Origin: Octopus vulgaris
Taxonomy: Eukaryota
NCBI GenBank assembly: GCA_951406725.2
Contig: OX597840.1
Span: 20,274,001-20,338,000, forward strand
Direction: 5' to 3'
DNA length: 64,000 nt
Numbering within the stretch: position 1 is the stretch's first letter; each line of letters starts with the position of its first letter. The position numbers and the translations under genes were made by a program. This document shows, in pieces, positions 14,001-27,524 of this stretch. The notes under the pieces were generated by a model. It did not search any database. It saw only the letters and a program-made list of their open reading frames with translations, and was not told where the DNA came from.

Positions 14001-17000
14001 TGTCCCTTCTGTGTTTAACCCCTTGTGGGTAGTAAAGAAATAGGTAATCCTTATTTATCCTCATTGTTTTTAATTAATCTGCTTTATTTTGTAGATTTGA
14101 GATTTTGATGAGGCAGATGTTAATTTTTAGAATATTGTCGGGTTGGTGTGAGGGGCTAGATCTGACCAGTTTGAACATAAAACGTGTGGAATATTTTGGC
14201 CGGATATGGCTGGTTTAAATGCTAAAGGGTTCATTACTGAAGTTAAAAATTTAGGGGAAAAAAAACTTAATGGCTGGAAGAAATGCCATTGATAATTGTT
14301 TCCAACATTTTTTCCAATGAGAACAGCTGTGTAAAGAAGTGCCAACCTCTTAACTCTGGAGGAAACCTGTGGAAGAGCCTGATACTCTAACCACTGAGCC
14401 ATCTGTGTAATCACTCTGTACTATTACATCGTGTTAGAGAGTCAGAGAAAATTTCAGAATTACGTTACGTGATAAATGACATGACTCATATGGTCAAGCG
14501 ATGTACAGGGTAGTGCAGTTTACCTAACTGCCAGGAATCTGATTGGTGAAAAATAATTTTCTAGAAGTTACAAAATCACATGATACTTCAGAAGATTCTA
14601 GATTAATGCACAGGTTTATAAGGTGGGTCTGATCTCCATGTCAGGCAAGTTGTAAGCAGAAGTCAGTCAGTCCTGAGACTAATTAACAAAGAACTACATT
14701 CCACGAGACGTGTTTTGAAGATGTCTAGCTATACACGACTTCTTGTCTGGGCAAGTTGGCTTGCTGGGCTGGGCTGGGCTGGGCTGGGCTGGACTGGACT
14801 GGGCTGGGCTGGGCTGGGCTGGACTTGGCTGGACTGGACTGGACTGGGCTGGACTGGACTGGACTGGACTGGGCTGGGCTGGGCTGGGCTGGACTAGGCT
14901 GGCCTGGGCTGGGCTGGGCTGGGCTGGGCTGGACTGGACTGGACTGGGCTGGACTGGACTGGACTGGGCTGGGCTGGACTGGACTGGACTGGGCTGGGCT
15001 GGGCTGTGGTTTCCTTGCTGCTAAACTGTTGCTGTTGTAACGGTATTGGTATTTTTATCTTTCATTTCTTGTCCCTTTGCAGCATCCCAGCAGTCAGTTT
15101 GTCGTGGAATCGGAAGTATCGTCAGATGCAACCGAAGATATGACGACGTTCTTTAATCAGACCTCGGCTCGTTTGGAGACCCTCAGTCGATTGGAGGACA
15201 GCGTGGCACAGAATCTGTTGAAGATGACCTTGAAGTAAGTTAACGAGCGAACGAACCTGTGTTGCCTAGCAACAAGGCAACGAAGCATCACCTTTACATA
15301 CACCACCACCACCACTATGGTGCACTCGCCTAAACACTGCAGTTCACCACCAGCACCACTACATATCACATCGTCAGACTCTACACCACCGCAAAATGAC
15401 ACCACCAGAAAACACCGCCACTACATAAACACCACTACCACTGCCACATCTACCACCACCACCGCCACAAATACCACAACCTCCACTACCACTCCACTAC
15501 ACCACCACCACAATAACCACCACTACTACTACACACACACATACCTAAAACACCACAACTCACCATTGCCATCCAAGAATTTGGACCTGGAGATCTCCAT
15601 TTCCAGCGACTTCGAGGGGCCACCTCCCAGTGGTGTCGGGCGTCAACAAAGAGCCCCCGACTACAACAAGATGACCAAAATGTTTTTTTCCCAAGGTCTG
15701 GGGTCTCCCGCCCTTAAGCCCTAGACCATCACATAATCACCCTTACCCATCTTGTTGCTTAACAACAACAAAACAACAAATCACCCTTACCATTCCACGC
15801 TATGCCTCACACCACACCATCACCACCACCACTGCTGCTACACCACCACACACTACCGCCACTACACATCACGCCACCATTCACCACACATCGCTGAATG
15901 CCATACTACACCACCATGCATGTGGTGTAGTACGGCACACACCCTACTGCCACTATGTGCCACATGACCACCACCACTACTCCATACTATAACCTATACA
16001 TCTACCATTCTCTTTTTCAGAGATCTGGATCATGTCTCTAAACTTGGCACCAAATTCTCAGATTCTGCAGAATTTATGCACAAATTTGTGCAGTGTCAGT
16101 TGATGCTGAGTCAGGTAGGTTAAAATGCAACACTTAATTAATGTTTTAACCCCTTACCTGGGGAATTTTTTTTGGAGAAAACGTTTCATGTTCAGACGAG
16201 TTTTTAATTGCTTTTTTTTATAGTTTTTTTAATGTTGATTATGGAAATAATTTTTGTTTTTACCTATTTTCAATATTTTATTTGAAATTTTATTTTGAAA
16301 ATAGGTGCAGGAGTGGCTGTGTGGTAAGAACCACATGGTTCTGGGTTCAGTCCCACTGCGTGGCACCTTGGGCAAGTGTCTTCTACTATGGCCTCAAGTC
16401 AACCAAAGCCTTGTGAATGGATTTGGTAGACGGAAACTGAAAGAATCCTGTCGTATATACATGCATATATATGTGTATGTGTGTGTGTTGGTGTGTTTAT
16501 GTCCTTGTAACTTAATGGTTGAGCATATGAGACCAATAGGATACTCTTTCTTTTTACTCTTTTACTTGTTTCAGTCATTTAACTGCGGCCATGCTGGAGC
16601 ACCGCCTTTAGTCGAGCAAATCGACCACAGGACTTATTCTTTGTAAGCCTAGTACTTATTCTATTGGTATTTTTTGCCGAACTGCTAAGCTACGGTGGTG
16701 TAAACACACCAGCATCAGTTGTCAAGCGATGTTGGGGGGACAAACATATACACACATATATACATATACATATATACGACAGGCTTCTTTCAGTTTCCGT
16801 CTACCAAATCCACTCACAAGGCATTGGTCGGCCCAGTGCTATAGCAGAAGACACTTACCCAAGATGCCGCTCAGTGGGACTGAACCCGGAACCATGTGGT
16901 TGGTAAGCAAGCTACTTACCACACAGCCACTCCTGTGCCTATAAGTACTAGGATAAGGATAAGTACTAAACTTACAAAGAATAAGTCCTGGGGTCAATTT

Positions 17001-20000
17001 GTTCAACTAAAGGTGGTGCTCCAGCATGGCTGCAGTCAAATGACTGAAACAAATGAAAGAATAAAAAAAAGCAAGATACTGAGAGACAAATCCTTGTTTT
17101 TATTTTGTTTCCCCTAAATTTTAATTCCTTTCATCTGTTGCAAAGGTCAACCTTTCTCAACATGTTATCCTTTACAAAACCAGCAACAACCAGGCAAAGG
17201 GCCGAGTCTTGACGATAATCAGCTAAAAAATATGCTCACAACATCATAAGCGGAAAGTGTAACCTCTCGAAAGAGCTGTTCTTCACTCCTGCTCCAGAGC
17301 GTGGGCTGCGGGGTCACTCCGAAAAGCTCTATCTATGACGATTTCATCTCAATTGAAGGAGAGGGGCTTTCTCTGTCCGGGTTGCGGTTCCGTGGAATAA
17401 GCTGCCGGACGAGATGGTGAAGATGCCAACAACCGCTCGGTTCAAAGTCTCTCTTGGCCTGAACTCTTTACATGAACACCACCCTGTACATAACTCCATG
17501 TCCCCCTACATGGCCTTGCTTTTTGCTTTTTGAGCCAAAAAAGTTAAATTATAATATGCCGACACGCATGAAAGGAGTACCCCAGCATGGCCCTAGCCCA
17601 ATGACTTGAATATCAGTTTATTTATAAAAGAACACAGTGTATTTTTGTTTTAATTTATTTGTTTGATATTTTAGTAGCACTTATTGTTTTGTTGTTGTTG
17701 TTGCAGGTGGTTTCCAAGACAATCCATTTCTTCTGTGAGATGTCCACCTCTGATTCCCTGATGTCTTCGTTAGACAAGGTAGGTTGATGTCCCCACCGCC
17801 ACCCTTGGTTGTCAGTAGCAGCAGCAGCAAGGAGGCGCAATGGCCCAGTGGTTAGGGCAGCGGACTCACGGTCGGAGGATCGCGGTTTCGATTCCCAGAC
17901 CGGGCGTTGTGTGTGTCTATTGAGCGAAAACACCTAAAAGCTCCACGAGGCTCCGGCAGGGGTTGGTGGCGACCCCTGTTGTACTCTTTCGCCCCAACTT
18001 TCTCTCACTCTTTCTTCCTGTTTCTTGTCCCCCGACTTCCTACACAACCGCCGAGCCTGGATGCGCATTCGTCCATCCGTCGATGCTCTCGGTGTCGGGG
18101 GGGGGGGGGGGGGGTGACCTGCTTTCTCTTCTGCGGGTCTTACGAATAGCAAAGGACCACGTTTCCGACTTCTCCCATCTTGCGAGCTCTGGGACGAAGA
18201 CCGCTTCGCTCAACAGCAGCAGCAGCAGCAGCAGCAGCAGTAATAGCAGTAGTGATGTTATTATCATTATAGTCATCTCATTGTCATTATCATCATCGTT
18301 ATATCTGATTGTTGTTGTTGTTGCGACTGCCGCTGCATGTGTCTCCTACAATAACACGAAGCCAAACCAAGGCCTTGTGACCGGATGTGGTTGATGGAAA
18401 CTAAGAGAAGCCCATTGTATACATAATACATATATACACATGTATGTATAATATATGTGTCTATGTGCGTGTGTGTGTGTGTATAGGTGTGTATGTGCGC
18501 ATCTGTGCATGTATACAGACACAGGCATGGCTGTGTGGTTATGAAGCTTGCTTCTCAACCATTTGGTCTTGAGTTCAGTCCCACTGCAAGGTAGCTTGGG
18601 CAAATGTCTTTTACGATAGTCCCAGCTCAGCCAAAGCCTTGTAAGCAGATTTGGTAGATGGAAACTAATAGAAGCCTGTTGCAAATGTATATACATATAT
18701 ATATATGTATATATACTGAAGGTATATATATATCTATATCTATATGCTAGACCACTGGTGTGAAATCGATGTTAATTAAATTAATATCTAATTTCTCACC
18801 CTCATTTTAAATTTATATATATATATAAATCAGAGGCGCAGGAGTGGCTGTGTGGTAAGTAGCTTGCTAACCAACCACATGGTTCCGGGTTCAGTCCCAC
18901 TGCGTGGCACCTTGGGCAAGTGTCTGCTACTATGGCCTTGGGCCGACAAAAGCCTTGTGAGTGGATTTGGTAGACGGAAACTGAAAGAAGCCTGTCGTAT
19001 ATATGTATATATATATGTGTGTGTTTGTGTGTCTGTGTTTGTCCCCCTAGCATTGCTTGACAACTGATGCTGGTGTGTTTACGTCCCCGTCACTTAGCGG
19101 TTCGGCAAAAGAGACCTATAGAATAAGTACTGGGCTTACAAAGCATAAGTCACGGGGTCGATTTGCTTGACTAAAGGCGGTGCTCCAGCGTGGCCGCAGT
19201 CAAATGACTGAAACAAGTAAAAGAGAGTATGGGACTCCCGTACCAAGGCCCCACTCCCTGCTGCAGTTTGAAGGCTTACCCAGGACTAATAGAGTTCATC
19301 TTTGGAATTTTGGTGGGAATACAAGTCCACATTGGAGACACTCTTTAGGATAACGAGATCTGTAACAGTCCATCTTGCTGTCAATTTTCAACCAAGTTGG
19401 TGACAGGAACGGAATCCAACCATAGAAAATCGACCTCAAATAAATCCGTCCAACCCGTCGAAGCATGAAAAAGCGCATGTTAAAACGATGATGATGATGA
19501 TGGTGGTGGTGGCAGCGGTGATGATGATGATATTTTTGTTTTTGTTGTTCTTCTTCAGGTTCTGCTGATGACGGAAGAACTGGAGAAGCTGTTCCTGGGT
19601 GTTGGCGTCAGCGAACTGAGTCTCGTGCACCAGACTCGACTCAAGGCATCGGCCGTGATGCTGACTCTGGTGTTGTGCAGGTGTGACGAAGCAGAGAGCA
19701 GCCAAGCGTGCCGTAACTTCCTGCAGATGATGCAGCATGTGCAAAAGTAAGTCGAAAGCAATGGCAATGATGCATGACAATGTCTATGCATGGACGTGCA
19801 TGAGTGAATGCATATGATGGTGATGTGTGAAGAGTCGTTAACAAGTGTTAACGACGGTGGTTGTTAACGACTCTTCGCACATCACAATTATATGCATTCA
19901 CTAGCACAGGTGCCTTTAATGTGTCACCAGCACAGGTGATTTTTACGTGTCACTGGCATAGGTGTCTTTTACATATTACCAGTATGGGTGCCTCTCATGT

Positions 20001-21066
20001 GCCACCAGTGTTGATGCCTTTTATGTGTCACTGGTATGGGTACCTGTAACATGTCGCTGGCACAGGTGCCTCTTATGTGTCTCCAGCACAGGTGCCTTTA
20101 ATGTGTCTCCAGCACAGGTGCCTTTAATGTGTCACTGGCACAGGTGCCTCTTATGTGTCGCTGGCACAGGTGCCTTTAACGTGTCACTGACATAGGTGCC
20201 TCTTACGTGTCATTGGCACAGGTGCCTCTTATGTGTCACTGGTACAGGTGCCTTTAACGTGTCACTGACACAGGTGCCTCTTATTTGTCACTGGCACAGG
20301 TGCCTCTTATGTGTCACTGGCACAGGTGCATTTAACATATCACCGGCAGAGGTGCCTGTAACGTGTCATTGGCACAGGTGCCTGTAATGTGTCACTGGCA
20401 CAGGTGCCTTTCACGTGTCACCAGAACGGACCATGGCTATGATTTCACTTAGCTTGAGACTGACCACAACCGCAATTCCCCTGAAACCCCTGTTTTCTTC
20501 TTCAGGTTCCTCACCATCAACGATGCAACACTGGACCGTTTCCTGTCGGAGCTATTCAGCAAGCTGGACGGCGTCGAAGACGTGAAGCCAGTCGTGCTGC
20601 ACAAACTGGTGCAGAACGACATGTCGCTAATGCAACCACAAGCGCTGCACATATCGAACCGCTTGTGCAAGGTCGAAGTCGTCATCCACGAGCCAACCAA
20701 GACCTCAGATAACCCCCTCAAGTTTACCGCTGGCCTCACTGCTGCGCTGCCCCTGCATGCCAGCATCAACAACATACAGGATGTTTCGTGTATCCGTGCT
20801 TTGGTAAGACCCTATTCTCTTGACTGGCTTCGCTTGTTCTGTTGTTTTTTTTATTCTTTTACTTGTTTCAGTCATTTGACTGCAGCCATGCTGGAGCACC
20901 GTCTTGGAGGATTTAATTAATAAAATTAACCCCAGGATTTATTCTTTGTTAGCCTAGTACTTATTCTATCGGCCCCTTTTATACTCCATGTAAAAGTATC
21001 TCTATATCTCTCTTTGTATGTATATGTATATCATCATCATCATTGTCGTTTAACATCTGATGATGA

Positions 21067-21101
<35 letters not shown>

Positions 21102-21510
21102 TTTTGGGGGGGATAATTTTCGGTTTTAAAAGTTGGCATTTTTTTATTGCCCCGTATTTATACGTCCTAAAAAGTTAGGACGTATAAATATGAGGCAAGC
21201 AGTTTGATCGCCCTGTGTGTATATGTTTAAACCTAGGTGGTCCTGCACCTGGCGAGTTCCTTTACTTACTAAACTAAAATCAGAAATGAATTGGTCCAGG
21301 GAACTAGATGGTAAAATGTTTTTATTTTTCATCTCATTCATTCCTGTCGAATTTTATCCCTAATTTTTGTGGTTATAGAACCTAGCTGTTCTTTCTAGCG
21401 TATTGAATTCCTATAAGTGGATTCCTCATGTGTTTAAATATACACTATATCGTGTGTATATATATATATATATATACATATATATACATATACATACAGA
21501 GAGAGATATA

Positions 21511-21544
<34 letters not shown>

Positions 21545-23329
21545 TCATTTCTTTTATTTTCCTCTTCTTTTACTCTTTATCCTAATTGCTTAATTTCAGG
21601 TGAAATATCCAGACCTGGAGACCCAATTAGTAAAACTGAACTTCAATGATTTCCGTAAACTTGGTCCCCTTCGTTACAATCTTGTCACGAATGTCATCCT
21701 CTCCCACAGACTCTGGTCCGGTAAGACATTTATTCTCTCAACTCTCATCTCATTACTTTCTGTTTTTTTTTATATTCTTCATGTTTCCATTTTCCATTTA
21801 TTTCACAATTTTACATCCGTGTTTCCTTATAAGTTTAATTAGGGTTGGATGGTCATTTTTGTTGGTGTAACTGTCCATTTTTGGATGCCTTTCTTTCCAC
21901 TGACCATTCTGTTGTAAAGTAGAGTGTGGTGAAACCATTTTTTTTGTAATGAGATTACTGTATGTCACTTTTGTATCCTACACCATAACAATGGGATATA
22001 CAATACTACAAACGGGGAAGACACAGACTGTCTCCACTTAATGCAATCCCAAGAATTCTGCCAACAACGTAACAACTGCAAAACAAACTCTCAGTGAGCT
22101 ATAACAACTCCTCAACAATTTCCTGCGATTCCACGATTTTCTGGTTCCTCCACTCAATCAAACATGCTGTAGTTGAACTCTCGGTTCAATAATGATACGA
22201 GTTAGGAGTCTAATGCGGGTCTTGTAAGAGCATGTATTATCATCATCATCATCATGGTTTAACGTCCATTTTCCATGTTGGCACAGGTTGGATGGTTAGA
22301 CCAGGGTCTGGGAAGCCAGAAGGCTGCACCAGGCTCCAATCTCGATCTGGCAGAGTTTCTACAGCTGGATGCCCTTCCTAACGCCAACCACTCCGTGAGT
22401 GTAGTGGATGCTTTTACATGCCACCGGCATGGAGGCCAGTCAGGCGGTACTGGCAATGACCTCGCTCAAATGTTTTTTTCACGTGCCACCAGCACAGGTG
22501 CCAGTAAGGCGACGCTGGTAATGATCACACTTGAATGGTGCCTTTTATGTGTCACTGGCACGGAGACCAGATAGTTGCTCTGGCAACGGTCACGCTTGGA
22601 TGGTGCTATGCGTGCCAAACCACACGTGCATATACTTATATCTTTAACTCTTTTACTTGTTTCAGTCATTTGACTGTGGCCATGCTGGAGCACCACCTTT
22701 TAGTCGAGCAAATCGACCCCAAGACTTATTCTTTGTAAGCCTAGTACTTATTTTATCGGTCTCTTTTGCCGAACCACTAAGTGACGGGGACGTAAACACA
22801 CCATCATCGGTTGTCAAGCAATGCTAGGGGGACAAACACAGACACGCACACATATATATATACATATAGATGACGGGCTTCTTTCAGTTTCCATCTACCA
22901 AATCCACTCACAAGGCTTTGGTTGACCCGAGGCTATAGTAGAAGACACTTGCCCAAGGTGCCACGCAGTGGGACTGAACTCGGAATCATGTGGTTGGTAA
23001 GCAAGCTACTTACCACACGGCCGCTCCTACGCCTTTGTGTAAGTTTACACATGCAAGTGTATTACTTTGCATGGAAACGAGTGAAAGTTGGTGACAGGAA
23101 GAACGTCAGGTGATGGTGGTGGTTGTTGTTGTTGTTGTTGTTGTGTTGGTTGCTTTAACCATTTCTTATTTCTGCCATTCTAGAACCGTGCCACGTGGAA
23201 GTGTCCCTGGTCTTGTGCACCGAACCCGGTTACCAGCCCATATCCAGCAGCAACAAATCAGGACTTTTCACGCTGCAGCTGTCGAAACCGGTCACAGTAC
23301 TTGTCGCTACGAAACCCATCAAATGTTAG
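1624..23329 (+). CDS. INTS4: Integrator complex subunit 4, 19 coding exons, 939 aa
   Basis: Exons: 1624-1677, 2547-2856, 4069-4175, 5266-5436, 5631-5770, 6540-6660, 7070-7141, 8347-8521, 9303-9508, 10796-10938, 12082-12197, 13600-13733, 15083-15234, 16021-16114, 17707-17778, 19559-19746, 20506-20803, 21600-21720, 23184-23329. All introns are GT-AG, phases are consistent and the total is 2820 nt. Peptides match vertebrate INTS4 as I recall it: [86 protein letters not shown]. Confidence 0.95.
2960..3307 (+). mobile_element. SINE/non-autonomous retroposon family C with (GAT)n tail, representative of many copies
   Basis: Recurrent GGTTGGCGTTAGGAAGGGCATCCAG...CCCATGCTAGCATGGAAAGCGGACGTTAAACGATGATGAT with variable numbers of internal GTGCCRGTGGCAC units. 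Other copies near 3560-3965, 7457-7700, 12362-12711, 22238-22610, 29583-29875, 51147-51555, 59584-60006. Confidence 0.8.
4480..4952 (+). mobile_element. Tc1/mariner-superfamily transposase 3' remnant
   Basis: Degenerate WP..S.DLT..DFFLWGY and ENGCHL motifs; ends in TIR-like TTTTGGGTCACCCTG followed by TA. Confidence 0.6.
8536..9300. repeat. (CAT)n/(CAC)n degenerate microsatellite and CT-rich tract in INTS4 intron 8
   Basis: Direct inspection; explains the poly-His/Ser/Met ORFs. Confidence 0.9.
9528..10130 (+). mobile_element. SINE family B (tRNA-like head, Meta-domain-like core), here with three tandem ~182-bp body units
   Basis: GAGTTCAAATTCCGCCGAGGTCGACTTTGCCTTTCATCCTTTCGGGGTCGATAAATTAAGTACCAG repeated three times. 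Other copies near 2120, 6693, 13811, 39250-39690, 52958, 54517, 57858-58235, 58578, 60357. Confidence 0.8.
12198..13599 (+). other. U12-type (minor spliceosome) GT-AG intron 11 of INTS4
   Basis: Donor GTATCCTTT at 12198, branch TTCCTTAAT at 13577-13585, AG at 13598-13599 with only a short, weak pyrimidine stretch. Splicing gives T|AT = Tyr in [14 protein letters not shown]. Confidence 0.9.
12298..12863. mobile_element. piggyBac-type MITE with a nested family C retroposon, inside the U12 intron
   Basis: TTAA|CCCTTTAG ... CTAAAGGG|TTAA ends; intact copies of the same family at 34425-34643 and 51846-52056. Confidence 0.7.
14764..15005 (+). repeat. (GGGCT/GGACT)n pentanucleotide array
   Basis: About 48 units alternating GGGCT and GGACT. 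Confidence 0.95.
17200..17460 (+). mobile_element. CR1-like LINE 3' fragment
   Basis: Translates [33 protein letters not shown] with internal stops. Confidence 0.6.
17831..18215 (+). mobile_element. tRNA-derived SINE family D
   Basis: Head GGAGGCGCAATGGCCCAGTGGTTAGGGCAGCGGACT...GGTTTCGATTCCCAGACCGGGCG with A/B boxes; copies at 27085-27372(-), 45113, 55600, 63130-63432(-). Confidence 0.75.
18833..19228 (+). mobile_element. tRNA-derived SINE family A, full-length copy
   Basis: GCAGGAGTGGCTGTGTGGTAAG..GGTTCAGTCCC head, internal (TA)/(TG) spacer, 3' GGCGGTGCTCCAGCRTGGCCGCAGTCAAATGACTGAAAC. Copies near 16300-17060, 22648-23033, 24119-24515, 31233-31580, 32018-32400, 49650-50023, 50350-50744, 61557-62285. 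Confidence 0.85.
19895..20424. repeat. 26-bp minisatellite (ATGTGTCACTGGCACAGGTGCCTCTT), about 20 copies
   Basis: Direct tandem units, each containing the GGCAC-AG-GTGCC palindrome. Confidence 0.85.
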
Positions 23330-23374
23330 CCCAGATGCATGCTCTCTTCTGCACACACATGGACTCCTATGTGT

Positions 23375-23412
<38 letters not shown>

Positions 23413-23425
23413 ATGCGTGTATGTG

Positions 23426-23463
<38 letters not shown>

Positions 23464-23525
23464 CATGTATATATACACACAGATCATTAAATGATAATGA
23501 TGTTGATAATATACAAATACATATA

Positions 23526-23564
<39 letters not shown>

Positions 23565-23621
23565 GTGTATATATATATATATGTATATATACAGCCACAC
23601 ACATATATATATATGTGTATG

Positions 23622-23657
<36 letters not shown>

Positions 23658-24285
23658 CACACACATATATATATGTATGTGTATGTATATATATATATAC
23701 AAGCACACATATACATAAATATTTCCACCTATATGCACATACATACATATATATATGTATGTATATATATACATGTGTATATATATATAATGTATATGTG
23801 TGTGTGTGTGTGTGTGTGAGAGAAAAAGTGCCTGTGGGAGTGAATGGGAGAGGTGGGTGTGTGTGTGTGCCTAAGTCTACCAAAACCAACATCTTGTCAT
23901 TGTTCCATAATTTCTGTTCATTGATTAAAAACCCTTTTTTCATCAATCTTAATTAGTTGTGGTTGTTATTTTACAAGTTCAAATCCTATCCATGTCACCT
24001 TTGCCTTTCATCCTTCCAGGGTTTGTGTGTGTCGTTAGGCACAGGTGTGGCTGTGTGGTAAGAAGGTTGTATATGTTAAATGGTATAAATTGCAATTATC
24101 TTGATAAAATGTTAAAAACAGGAGTGGCTGTGTGGTAAGTAGCTTGCTAACCAACCACATGGTTCCGGGTTCAGTCCTGTTGCGTGGCATCTTGGGCAAG
24201 TGTCTTCTGCTATAGCCCCGGGCCGACCAATGCCTTGTGAGTGGATTTGGTAGACGGAAACTGAAAGAAGCCTGTCGTATATATG

Positions 24286-24316
<31 letters not shown>

Positions 24317-25169
24317 CTGTGTTTGTTCCCCTAGCATTGCTTGACAACCGATGCTGGTGTGTTTACGTCCCTGTCACTTAGCGGTTCAGCAAAAGAAACC
24401 AATAGAATAAGTACTGGGCTTACAAAGAATAAGTCCCGGGGTCGATTTGCTCGATTAAAGGCGGTGCTCCAGCATGGCCGCAGTCAAATGACTGAAACAA
24501 GTAAAAGAGAGAGAGTAATCATAATGTATGTCACCAAACACATATAACTAATATTAAAAATTATGCATTTAATGAAGTCAGGTGGAGTGGGGAAAATAGG
24601 GAAATAATCCTGCGGAAAGATTTTCAAAAGTATTTCACAAATAAAGTAATTACATCCTTGAGTGTGTAAGCTCCAGCATGGCCGCAGCTGCGTGGCTGAG
24701 TCGAACAAAAGAACAGTTTATTGTAAGGAAGTCACTTGTGCAAGGTACCACGCAGTGAGATTGAACCCAAGACCATGAAGTTGGCAAACAACCTTCTTAA
24801 CCTTTTAGCATTGAAACCAGCCACATCTGGCCCTCACTTCATACTTGTTTGATGTCCCAACTGGCCATATTCAGCCTCTCACACCTACCCGTCATTGCCA
24901 TAGTAAAAATATACGACCACGTCTTTGAGATCTCAACACAAAAAAATAATGAATAAAAATTCCAAATAATTCTTTCTGCTGGAAACACAAGACCTGAAAT
25001 TTGCAGGGAAGAGGTAAGTTGATTATATTCAACCCGAGTACGTAACTGGTACTTATTTAATCGACTGTGAAAAGGATGAAAGGCAAAGTCGACCTCAGAA
25101 CGTAGTGGCAGACGAAATACCACAAAGCATTTTGCCCAGCTTACTAACGATTTTGCCAGCTCACTGCTT

Positions 25170-26500
25170 TGTGAGCAATTCCTCGGCTGTCACAAGCCGT
25201 ATTTCACTGCCATGTAGCATAGCTGTTTGTGCACAGGCATCATACAATCTGCATTTCACTGAGGGAGAGGCCCTTTGTTGCCAGCAGGGGTAGGAGCTTT
25301 CTGAACTTTACCCATCCTAATCTTATTCTTATATCTGTGCTCTTGGAGCGTCCACCTCCACTACTAACTTGGTCTCCTAGATACCAGAAACTATCTACCT
25401 CTAGCTTGCTCCATCGGCAGTTGATGGAGTCTGTTTTCTGCACATTTTTAATGTTTCTTGTACCTGTGCAACTTCCACATGCAAAAGCTAGTTTCCCTGT
25501 TAACCTTCCTCTGATATTACTGCACCTCTTATGTGTCCAAAGCTTACACCAGCTACATCTTATGGAATTTCTGCCTACACCTTTTCTACAGATTGAGCAG
25601 GGCCACCTACCTGAAGGGACTTGTGATTTGTCTGCCTTCCTACTTACTAAGATTTTGGTTTTTGCTAGGTTAACTCTAAGGCCCTTCAATTCTAGACCTT
25701 GCTTCCATACCTTGAACTTCTCTAGTTCTGGTAGTGATTCAGCTATAAGAAGAAAGCCATCAACATGCTCCTAGGGGCAGCCTATCATTAATTCCTCTGT
25801 TATTGCCTGGAAGACTATGATGAACAAGAGGGGGCTGAGCACTGATCCTTGGTGAACCCCAACTTGTTCCCTGAATTCTTCCCTGTTCTCATTGCCAACC
25901 CTTAACTTACTGGTAGCATCCCTGAACATTGCTTATACAGCTATCACCAACCACTCGTCTATCCCTAGTTTCCTCACTGATCACCAGATAAGGGATCAGG
26001 GGACTCTGTTAAAGGCATTCTCCAACTCTACAAAGACCAAGAACAGAGGTTTGGCTTTGGCTAGGTATTTCTCCTGCAGCTGCCTTACCGGAAATATAGC
26101 ATCAGTGGTGTTTCTCCCTGGCACAAAACCAAACTGCATCTCATCTAGGCTAACTCTCTCCCTAATTAGTTGGGCTATGACCCTCTCCATCACTTTGATC
26201 ACCCGATCCAACAATTTGATACCTTTGTAATTACTTCAAAGGCATCACCTATACCTTTGTAGCAGTTGACAATGGTGCTGCTATACCAGTCATTGGGTAT
26301 GACTCCATCATGATCCACCTGATTTACAATACAGTTGACTAGACCATAAGCCCCATTGCCAGATATTTAAAGCTTCTCAGTGGTGATTCCTGATGGGCCA
26401 GGGGCTTTCCCCGTCTTTGTATCCTTAATTGCTTTATCTAACAAGGAACTGTCAATCCAAGTAGCTGGTTCCTCAACATTTGGCAGACTCTCCTCCTATT
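25170..26500 (-). mobile_element. Decayed RTE-type LINE (RT plus Cys-rich PHD-like finger)
   Basis: LDEMQFGFVPGRNTTDAIF; GLRVNLAKTK..WPCSICRKGVGRNSIRCSWCKLWTHKRC; frameshifts and stops. Confidence 0.85.
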
Positions 26501-27524
26501 CATATACATATATATACATATATATATATTTATATATTATGCATATACAAATACACACATACACATATATATATACCACAACAGAATTGAGATCCTAAAA
26601 GCAAGCTGCCACACAAAGAACATTGGTATGGGTCTTGATGCTACACAAAAGGCACCTTGGTACACTCTGAAAAGTAGTTGGCATTTGGAGGGGCATCCAG
26701 ACGTAGAAACTAAGTCAAAACAGACTGTGGCACCTGGTGCAGCCCGTATCCTTGCCAGTTCCTGTCAAACGGTCCAACCCATGTTAAATGCTGAACACAC
26801 ACACATACATATTTTATGTATTTACGAATCGAGCCTAGTTCTTATTCTTTAGAGTTTGGTACATCGGTTGTCAAGCGGCAGGAGGGGAGGGAGGGCAAGC
26901 ACACACATTACATATATTTATTTATACACACAACAAACTTTCAGTTTCCATCTACTAAGTCTACTCACTTTGGTTGGTCTGAGGCTAGAGTAAAATAAAA
27001 TTGCCCAAGGTGCCATGCATTAGGATTGAACCCAGGACCACAGAGCCATTCCTGTAACATCTGATAGCCTGGTCTGATATATATATATCACCGTGACAGA
27101 CCAGGTTATCAGATGTTGTTACACATCGCTGGTCACAATGCGCTTCGCATTGTTTTAGCCTTCAAATGACGCCGCGAGCAGGCCAACAGAAGAAAGAGTG
27201 AGAGAAAATTGCGGCGAAAGAATACAGCAGGGATCGCCACCACCCCCTGCCGGAACCATGCAGAACTTTAGGTGATTTGACTCAATAAACACTCACAACG
27301 CCCCGTCTGGGAATCGAAACCGCGATCCTACGACCGCAAGTCCGCTGCTCTAACCACTAGGCCATTGCGCCTCAACACACACACACACACACACACAGAG
27401 TTTTTTTTTTTTTTTTGTAGCGTACATTTTATTTCAATTAACGAAGTATCATAATCTTTAATTTAATAACAAAAAGCTAAAAAAAACGTCAATTTCAAAT
27501 AAATTCTCCTCTCATCAGATAAAA

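Noticed and set aside
19895-20424. Possible CRISPR-like array
   Set aside because: Contiguous tandem units, no unique spacers, no cas genes, eukaryotic intron.
23258-23956. Long YIYI/CVCV ORFs here and at 38064-38546, 40749-46492, 55816-56160
   Set aside because: Dinucleotide repeats that lack stop codons.
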